A stretch of DNA of 24,000 nt, taken from positions 2,850,067 through 2,874,066 of the forward strand of contig NZ_CP047156.1 of the NCBI RefSeq assembly GCF_009834025.1, given 5' to 3'. Position 1 is the stretch's first letter, and each line of letters begins with the position of its first letter. A program made the position numbers and the translations under genes. Below, piece after piece: positions 17,934-24,000 of the stretch. The notes under the pieces were generated by a model. The model did not search any database. It saw nothing but the letters and a program-made list of their open reading frames with translations, and was not told the origin of the DNA. This DNA comes from Epidermidibacterium keratini. GTDB lineage: Bacteria > Actinomycetota > Actinomycetes > Mycobacteriales > Antricoccaceae.

Positions 17934-18005
17934 CCAGGATGGGGAAGTCCGGGTATTTTGCCTCGGGGCACACGTGTGCCCGGACGCGCCTGTTCCCCTG
18001 CCTGG
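17934..18005 (+). ncRNA. structured 5' leader of the first rpfB-like gene
   Basis: Nested complementarities: CCAGG/CCTGG (17934-17938 / 18001-18005), GGGGAA/TTCCCC (17941-17946 / 17993-17998), GTCCGGG/CCCGGAC (17947-17953 / 17979-17985), plus alternative 16-bp palindrome GGGCACACGTGTGCCC (17966-17981). Confidence 0.5.
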
Positions 18006-18027
18006 ATGACATCACCATCGGAGAACC

Positions 18028-19236
18028 GTGCGTCTTTCCTATCGTGTCGGCCTGAGCATCCTCGCGGTTATCGCCATCGTCGGCGGGACCTTCGCGTTCA
18101 AGGCCCTCGGCAAGTCCGTGAACGTCGTCGTTGACGGCAAGTCGCAGACCGTATCCACCTACTCATCCAACGTCGAGGACGTCCTGGCCGATGCCGACGT
18201 CGACGTGAAGAACCGCGACGAGGTCACCCCGTCGCTGAAGTCCGGCGTCAAGGACGGCGCCGCGATCAACGTGACCCGCGCCCGGATGGTCAACTACACC
18301 ATCGATGGCGTGCAGGAGGCTCAGTACCTCACCGCCCTCACCGTTGACGACGCGCTGCAGGAGCTTGGCGTCGCTGACAACGCCGAGGTCTCGGCCGCTC
18401 GTGACGAGCAGATTCCGCTGAAGGGCACGTCGCTGGAGATCACCACCTCCAAGGACATCACCATCAACGTTGACGGTCAGCAGCTGACCGCCTCCTCGAC
18501 CGCGCCTGATGTCGCCACGTTGCTGGCCGACAACGGCATCGTGCTGGAGCAGCAGGACTACACCGACCCGCTGGCGACCACCGCGCTGACGCCCGGCATG
18601 ACGATCACCGTCAACCGCGTGCGCATCACGCAGGTGCAGGAAGTCCAGACGATCGACTACCAGGTCATCGAGCAGCCCGACGGCGGTCTGGAGAAGGGCG
18701 ACAAGAAGACCGCGACCGAAGGCGTCGAAGGCGAGCAGGTCGTCACCTACAACGTGACCACCACCAATGGCGCGGAGACTGCCAAGGAGCAGGCGGCCGT
18801 GCAGGTCACCAAGGAGCCGGTCAACAAGGTCGTGCTGGTCGGCACTGCCGAGCCCGCTCCGAGCACCTCCTCGAGCGCGCCGAGCACCTCCAGCGGCTCC
18901 GGCTCCGGCGGCTCTGGCAGCGGCTCTGGTTCCGGCGGTGGCTCCGGCTCCGGCGGCGGCAACACCGGCGCGCAGCCCCCGGCTGACAGCAGTGGCCTGA
19001 ACTGGGACGCCCTGGCGCAGTGCGAGTCCAGCGGCAACTGGGCCATCAACACCGGCAACGGTTACTACGGCGGCGTGCAGTTCGACAAGCGGACCTGGGA
19101 TGCCTATGGCGGATCGGCGTACGCCGCATACCCGCACCAGGCGAGCCGTGAGCAGCAGATCGCAGTGGCGACTCAGCTGTACAACGCTCGCGGCATCCAG
19201 CCGTGGCCGAAGTGCGGGCCGAAGCTGCTCTCGTAA
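18028..19236 (+). CDS. rpfB: resuscitation-promoting factor, RpfB-like (DUF348 repeats, G5, Gly/Ser linker, Rpf catalytic domain)
   Basis: N-terminal TM; repeated [30 protein letters not shown] ubiquitin-like repeats; G5 region; [39 protein letters not shown] is a canonical Rpf domain. Confidence 0.92.
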   Translation: MRLSYRVGLSILAVIAIVGGTFAFKALGKSVNVVVDGKSQTVSTYSSNVEDVLADADVDVKNRDEVTPSLKSGVKDGAAINVTRARMVNYTIDGVQEAQYLTALTVDDALQELGVADNAEVSAARDEQIPLKGTSLEITTSKDITINVDGQQLTASSTAPDVATLLADNGIVLEQQDYTDPLATTALTPGMTITVNRVRITQVQEVQTIDYQVIEQPDGGLEKGDKKTATEGVEGEQVVTYNVTTTNGAETAKEQAAVQVTKEPVNKVVLVGTAEPAPSTSSSAPSTSSGSGSGGSGSGSGSGGGSGSGGGNTGAQPPADSSGLNWDALAQCESSGNWAINTGNGYYGGVQFDKRTWDAYGGSAYAAYPHQASREQQIAVATQLYNARGIQPWPKCGPKLLS

Positions 19237-19250
19237 TTACGTGTCACCAC

Positions 19251-19282
19251 GGCGCGGCGGCAGTCTCGGCTGCCGCCGCGCC
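19251..19282 (+). terminator. GC-rich hairpin between tandem rpf genes, 13-bp perfect stem, no T tract
   Basis: GGCGCGGCGGCAG - tctcgg - CTGCCGCCGCGCC. Confidence 0.5.
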
Positions 19283-19310
19283 CGTGTCATTCAACGACCA
19301 GGAGTAACCC

Positions 19311-20555
19311 ATGGGTAGGCACAGCGCGCCGTCGAAGCGCGAACTGCGCCGTCGCGACGCGACGCAGGCAGTCGAGCACGCCGCGCCAATTCTCGATGAG
19401 ACCGTTGTGACCGAGTCATCGGAGCCTGCCGCCCCGGTCGCTGACGAGAAGCCGCAGAAGTCCGGTGGCTTTCTGGCCGGTGCTGGCCTGCCGCGACGGC
19501 TCGCGCTCGGTGCCGCCGCAAGCATCCTCGTGGCCGGCACTGTCGGCTTCATCGGAATGGGCAAGTCCGTCACGGTCGTCGTTGACGGCAAACCGGTCAC
19601 CGTGACGACGTACTCCACGACCGTGGAGGGCGCCCTGCAAGATGCTGGTGTGGACACCAGTGACCGTGACGAGGTCAAGCCGACCCCGGCGAGCGCGGTC
19701 GAAGACGGCACGACCGTGGACGTCGTACGCGCTCGCCCAGTCACGCTCAATATCGACGGCACGCCGACCACGAAGTGGGTCACCGCGCTCACTGCCGACG
19801 AAGCGCTCGACGAGCTCGGGATGACCGACTACGCACTCGCCTCGGCCGGGTCAACCGCGATCCCGCTGAAGGGCGCCAGCCTCGACGTCGCGGCCCCGAA
19901 GAACGTCTCGATCAACGTCGATGGTGGCGCGCAGCAGATCGTCACCTCCGCGAGCACCGTCGCCGACGCGTTGGCCGATGCCGGCATCGAGCTGGGGCCC
20001 GAGGACGTCACTGATCCGGCGCGCGAGGTCAAGCCGACCGAGGGCATGACGGTGACCGTCACCCGCAACGACACCAGCACGGTCGTTGAGCAGCGCGACA
20101 TCCCGTTTGCGGTCGTCGAGCAGAGCAACCCCGACGAGTACGTCGGCATCGACACCGTGGCGACCCAGGGCGTGGTCGGCAAGTCCAGCGTGACCGTCCA
20201 GATCACCAGCGTCAACGGCATTCAAGTATCGGCCACCGACGTCAGCACCGAGATCGTCACCGCTCCGGTCGACCAGGTGATCTCCAAAGGCGCCAAGCAG
20301 TTTCCGGCAGAGGTCGAGGCGCTGAACTGGGACGCGCTTGCGATGTGCGAGTCGACGATGAACCCCAAGGCGGTCAACAAGACCAACGGCAAGTACTTCG
20401 GGCTCTACCAGTTCTCGGTCGAGACCTGGGCCGGTGTCGGCGGCACCGGCAACCCGATGGACGCGAGCCCTGAGGAGCAGAACGCCCGCGCCCGGATCCT
20501 GTTCATGAAGTACGGCGCCTCCCAGTGGGAGTGCGGAAGCAACCTCTACGCCTGA
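19311..20555 (+). CDS. second RpfB-like protein with DUF348/G5 and a divergent transglycosylase-like C-terminal domain
   Basis: [39 protein letters not shown] repeats; G5 region; [72 protein letters not shown]. Confidence 0.88.
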   Translation: MGRHSAPSKRELRRRDATQAVEHAAPILDETVVTESSEPAAPVADEKPQKSGGFLAGAGLPRRLALGAAASILVAGTVGFIGMGKSVTVVVDGKPVTVTTYSTTVEGALQDAGVDTSDRDEVKPTPASAVEDGTTVDVVRARPVTLNIDGTPTTKWVTALTADEALDELGMTDYALASAGSTAIPLKGASLDVAAPKNVSINVDGGAQQIVTSASTVADALADAGIELGPEDVTDPAREVKPTEGMTVTVTRNDTSTVVEQRDIPFAVVEQSNPDEYVGIDTVATQGVVGKSSVTVQITSVNGIQVSATDVSTEIVTAPVDQVISKGAKQFPAEVEALNWDALAMCESTMNPKAVNKTNGKYFGLYQFSVETWAGVGGTGNPMDASPEEQNARARILFMKYGASQWECGSNLYA

Positions 20556-21409
20556 TGGCCCTGCTCGGCCCTGCTCGGATCCGAGAGCTCGCAGATGAGG
20601 TCGGTCTGCGTCCGACGAAGACCCTCGGACAAAACTTTGTGCACGACGCGAATACCGTGCGCCGGATTATCGCGGCGGCGCAGCTGGAGCCCGATGACGT
20701 GGTCCTTGAGGTCGGTCCGGGTCTTGGCTCGCTGACGCTGGGCCTGCTGGAGGCTGGGCACCGGGTAACGGCGGTCGAGATTGACCCAGCGTTGGCGGCG
20801 CGACTGCCGCAGACCGTGGCCGAGCTGGCGCCGCACGCGGCCGACCGGCTGCAGGTGGTCAGTGGCGACGCGATGCGGATCAGCGAGCTGCCAGATCCGC
20901 AGCCAACGGCGATGGTGGCCAACCTGCCCTATAACGTCTCGGTGCCGGTGTTGCTGCACCTGCTCGCTACTTTCCCTTCCCTGCATCGCATCTTGGTGAT
21001 GGTGCAGGCTGAGGTCGCGCACCGGCTCGCGGCCGCGCCGGGCTCGAAGCTGTACGGCGTACCGTCGGTCAAGGCTGCCTGGTACGCCGATGTGCGGCTG
21101 TCGCTTACGGTCAGTCGGCAGATCTTCTGGCCGGTGCCGAATGTCGACTCGGCGCTCGTGTCGCTGACCCGCAGGCCGGCGCCGCGCTCCGACGTACCCG
21201 TGCAGTCGGTGTTCGCGGTCGTCGATGCGGCCTTTGCACAGCGGCGCAAGATGCTGCGCGCCGCGCTCGGTCCGCTTTTTGGCTCCTCTCAGGCCGCTAC
21301 CACCGCACTCGAAGCCGCCGGGGTCGACCCGACCGCGCGCGGGGAAACCCTGGACGTGGAAGACTTCGTGTCTATAGCCCAGCAGTGGGACGGCTCAGGG
21401 ACCGCCTAG
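20555..21409 (+). CDS. rsmA: 16S rRNA (adenine(1518)-N(6)/adenine(1519)-N(6))-dimethyltransferase
   Basis: [53 protein letters not shown]; start ATG overlaps preceding stop (TGATG). Confidence 0.96.
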   Translation: MALLGPARIRELADEVGLRPTKTLGQNFVHDANTVRRIIAAAQLEPDDVVLEVGPGLGSLTLGLLEAGHRVTAVEIDPALAARLPQTVAELAPHAADRLQVVSGDAMRISELPDPQPTAMVANLPYNVSVPVLLHLLATFPSLHRILVMVQAEVAHRLAAAPGSKLYGVPSVKAAWYADVRLSLTVSRQIFWPVPNVDSALVSLTRRPAPRSDVPVQSVFAVVDAAFAQRRKMLRAALGPLFGSSQAATTALEAAGVDPTARGETLDVEDFVSIAQQWDGSGTA

Positions 21410-21431
21410 TAGAAAACGGAGACTTCGACGT

Positions 21432-21542
21432 ATGAGCGATCGACGGGTTCGCGAGCATCGCAGGCGATGGGGGCGGCGAGCGTGCGAGCCGGTCGCCAGA
21501 GCCGAGGAGCGGAGCGGTTCCGGAGAGAGCAGGGCAATATGA
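21432..21542 (+). CDS. possible 36-aa Arg-rich small ORF coupled to ispE
   Basis: ATG 21432 preceded by GGAG; MSDRRVREHRRRWGRRACEPVARAEERSGSGESRAI, stop TGA overlaps ispE ATG (ATGA). Confidence 0.3.
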   Translation: MSDRRVREHRRRWGRRACEPVARAEERSGSGESRAI

Positions 21543-22459
21543 GCGCACCGATTCGGGTTGACGAGTATGTCGTCGCCCGAGCGCCGGCGAAGATCAACCT
21601 GCATCTTGGCGTCGGGGCGGTGCGTGAGGACGGCTTCCACGAGCTGGCGACGGTTTTTTGCGCCTTGTCGCTGAGCGACGAGGTGATCGCGAACGCGGCT
21701 CACGGGTTGAGTGTGAGCACCTCCGGTGAGGGTGCCGACGAGGTCCCCGACGACGAACGCAACCTCGCGTGGCGGGCCGCAGCGGCGCTCGCCGAACGGG
21801 CCGGGGTCTCGGCCGATGTCGAGCTGTCGATCAACAAGCAGATTCCGGTCGCCGCCGGGCTCGCCGGGGGCAGCGCTGACGCTGCGGCGACGTTGATCGC
21901 CTGCGATGCGCTGTGGCAGACCGGTGCGGCGAAGGCCGACCTGATCGAGATTGCGGCCGAGCTCGGCAGCGACGTCGCGTTTTCCTTGACTGGGGGACTG
22001 GCACTCGGCACCGGACGCGGTGAGCTGCTGTCTCCGGTGCTGGCCGCCGGAAAGTGGCACTGGGTGCTTGCGGTGGCACGCGGTGGGCTGTCAACGGCGC
22101 AGGTGTACGCCGAGCTGGACCGGCTGCGCGAAGGCCAGGAGGAGATCCCGCTGCTGACGCCGGACCGTCTGATGAACGCGTTGCGCGCGCGAGACCTGGA
22201 TCTGCTCGGGGAGAACCTGCACAACGACATGGAGCCTGCGGCGTACTCGCTGATGCCCGAGTTGCGGCGTACCCGTCGCGCTGGGCTTCAGGAGGGCGCG
22301 GTGGCCGCGGTGATGTGCGGGTCCGGTCCGACGTTTGCATTCTTGACCGAAGACGAGGAGTCGGCGATCGACCTGGCGGCGGCGATCTCCGCGCTGGATG
22401 TCGCACGCACGGTGCGTACGGCGACCGGCCCGGTCACCGGAGCGCGGATCGTCGCCTAG
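21539..22459 (+). CDS. ispE: 4-(cytidine 5'-diphospho)-2-C-methyl-D-erythritol kinase
   Basis: VVARAPAKINLHLGVG and QIPVAAGLAGGSADAAATL GHMP kinase motifs; VAAVMCGSGPTFAFL. Confidence 0.95.
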   Translation: MSAPIRVDEYVVARAPAKINLHLGVGAVREDGFHELATVFCALSLSDEVIANAAHGLSVSTSGEGADEVPDDERNLAWRAAAALAERAGVSADVELSINKQIPVAAGLAGGSADAAATLIACDALWQTGAAKADLIEIAAELGSDVAFSLTGGLALGTGRGELLSPVLAAGKWHWVLAVARGGLSTAQVYAELDRLREGQEEIPLLTPDRLMNALRARDLDLLGENLHNDMEPAAYSLMPELRRTRRAGLQEGAVAAVMCGSGPTFAFLTEDEESAIDLAAAISALDVARTVRTATGPVTGARIVA

Positions 22460-22471
22460 CGACTGCAGACC

Positions 22472-23080
22472 CTACTTCTTCGGAGAGAGGCGAAGCGTTG
22501 GCTTGGCCTCAAGATGCGACAGGCCGTTCCAGGCCAGGTTGACCAGGTGGGCCGCGACGACGTCCTTCTTAGGCTTACGCGCCTCAAGCCACCACTGCCC
22601 GGTCATCACGACCATCCCGACGAGGGCCTGGGAGTAGAGCGCGGCGAGCTTGGTCTCGTAACCACCGGCCTTGAACGAGCGGTCCAGGATGTGCTCGACC
22701 CGGGAGGCAACGTCGTTGATCAGGCTGGAGAAGTTGCCTCCGGCGCTGCCGACCGGCGCGTCGCGGGTGAGCACCTTGAATCCGTCGGTGTCGTTTTCGA
22801 TGTAGTCCAGCAGCACCAGTGCCGCCTTCTCCAGCAGTTGGCGCGGGTGCCCGCTGGCGAGAGCTGTTTCGAACCGCTCCAGCAGCGTCGACATCTCGCG
22901 GTCCACGACGACGGCGTACAGCCCTTCCTTGCCACCGAAGTGCTCGTAGACGACCGGTTTGCTCACGTTCGCCCGCGCCGCGATCTCCTCGATCGAGGTG
23001 CCGTCAAAACCGCGTTCGGCGAAGATGACCCGACCGATCTCGACAAGCTGCTGGCGTCGCTGTGCCCCGGTCATTCGCAT
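22472..23080 (-). CDS. TetR family transcriptional regulator
   Basis: RRQQLVEIGRVIFAERGFDGTSIEEIAARANVSKPVVYEHFGGKEGLYAVVVDREM TetR HTH. Confidence 0.92.
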   Translation of the reverse strand: MRMTGAQRRQQLVEIGRVIFAERGFDGTSIEEIAARANVSKPVVYEHFGGKEGLYAVVVDREMSTLLERFETALASGHPRQLLEKAALVLLDYIENDTDGFKVLTRDAPVGSAGGNFSSLINDVASRVEHILDRSFKAGGYETKLAALYSQALVGMVVMTGQWWLEARKPKKDVVAAHLVNLAWNGLSHLEAKPTLRLSPKK

Positions 23081-23120
23081 GTGGGGCAGTCTCTCATGTC
23101 CGCCGTCGCGGACCTGCGGC

Positions 23121-24000
23121 TCAGGCAGGAGCGTCAGCGAGCTTGGCCTTCACTCGCTCCGGGGACGGCCACTTGACGTTGTGCGCCCAGCCGAGCTTCT
23201 CGAAGACCCAGATGAGCCGCGCCGACATGTCGATCTGTCCGCGCATCACGCCGTGCCGCGCCGCGGTGGGGTCTGCGTGGTGCAGGTTGTGCCACGACTC
23301 GCCGGCCGACAGGATCGCCAGCGGCCAGTAGTTCGCGGACATGTCGCGTGAGGAGAACGGACGCTCACCGACTGCGTGGCAGATCGAGTTGATGCTCCAG
23401 GTGACGTGCTGCAGCAGGAACAGGCGCACCAGCCCGGCCCAGAAGAACGCGGTCACCGCACCCATCCAGGACCAGGTCACGAGGCCGCCGATGATGGCCG
23501 GCAGGAACAGGCTCAGCAGCGCCCACAGGCCAAACAGGCGGCTGACGCGGTTCAGTGCGGTGTTCTTGATCAGGTCCGGTGCAAACCGCTCTTTGTTGGT
23601 GCGCTCGCGGTCGAAGATCCAGCCGACGTGCGCCCAGAACAGGCCCTTGGCGAGCGCGCCCGCGCTCGTGCCGTAGCGCCACGGCGAGTGCGGGTCGCCG
23701 TCGCGGTCGGAGTAGGCGTGGTGGCGGCGATGATCGGCCACCCACTGCAGCAGCGGACCCTGAATCGCCATCGAACCGGCGATGCCGAGCGCGACACGCA
23801 GCGGCATCTTTGCCTTGAAGGAGCCGTGGGTGAAGTGCCGGTGGAACCCGACGGTGATGCCGAGCAGGCCGACGAAGTAGAACACGACGCCGAGGGCGAT
23901 ATCGACCCAGCCGATGAACGAGCCCCAGGCGAGGGGTACGGCGGCGATGATCGCCACGATGGGGAAGAGAACGTAGACGTAGAGCACCAGATACTGCGCC
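23121..24000 (-). CDS. fatty acid / acyl-CoA desaturase (5' end outside window)
   Basis: Histidine boxes HRHFTH, DHRRHHAYSD, ESWHNLHHADPTAARHG; reading frame stays open to the window edge, so the GTG at 23987 is probably not the true start. Confidence 0.92.
   Translation of the reverse strand, partial: AQYLVLYVYVLFPIVAIIAAVPLAWGSFIGWVDIALGVVFYFVGLLGITVGFHRHFTHGSFKAKMPLRVALGIAGSMAIQGPLLQWVADHRRHHAYSDRDGDPHSPWRYGTSAGALAKGLFWAHVGWIFDRERTNKERFAPDLIKNTALNRVSRLFGLWALLSLFLPAIIGGLVTWSWMGAVTAFFWAGLVRLFLLQHVTWSINSICHAVGERPFSSRDMSANYWPLAILSAGESWHNLHHADPTAARHGVMRGQIDMSARLIWVFEKLGWAHNVKWPSPERVKAKLADAPA

Noticed and set aside
17867-18027. c-di-AMP (ydaO/yuaA) riboswitch before the rpf gene
   Set aside because: Such riboswitches occur before actinobacterial rpf genes, but I could not match the conserved ydaO core segments here; only generic stem complementarity is supported.
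18856-18966. Repetitive Gly/Ser-coding tract in the first rpf gene as a tandem repeat
   Set aside because: It encodes a low-complexity GSGSGG linker between G5 and Rpf domains, common in RpfB-like proteins; no fixed-length DNA repeat unit is evident.
1-24000. Defence island, CRISPR array, phage or insertion element
   Set aside because: No repeat-spacer pattern, transposase, integrase, terminal inverted repeats or defence-family domain was found; content is core metabolism, translation, cell wall and transport.

Overview
This is a high-GC actinobacterial chromosomal window, tightly packed and mostly housekeeping. In order it carries: a class I (RsmC-like) methyltransferase; a TrmH/SpoU-type rRNA methyltransferase; a GrpB-family protein; an aldo/keto reductase and MerR regulator pair; a Pmt-type protein mannosyltransferase divergent from rsmI; an MFS exporter split by one in-frame TAG, divergent from a MarR regulator; a DAACS-family symporter; a complete bioB-bioA-bioF-bioD run divergent from a BioQ-like TetR; a CorA transporter divergent from metG; tatD; two tandem RpfB-like genes; rsmA; ispE; a TetR regulator; and a fatty acid desaturase cut by the window end. 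I found no transposon, phage, CRISPR, tRNA or rRNA signal, and no clearly new multigene system. The most interesting signals are small or distributed: (1) an unannotated 23-39 aa leader peptide ending ...RRLHIDLARAQTSGC upstream of the DAACS symporter; (2) strong enrichment of the octamer GTACGCCG/CGGCGTAC (35 sites counted by eye); (3) a structured, repeat-bearing leader before the first rpf gene; (4) tandem divergent rpfB paralogs between tatD and rsmA; (5) a duplicated BioQ-type operator; (6) a single-nucleotide nonsense lesion in the MFS exporter; (7) a possible 36-aa ORF coupled to ispE. All calls come from reading the sequence; no database search was run.
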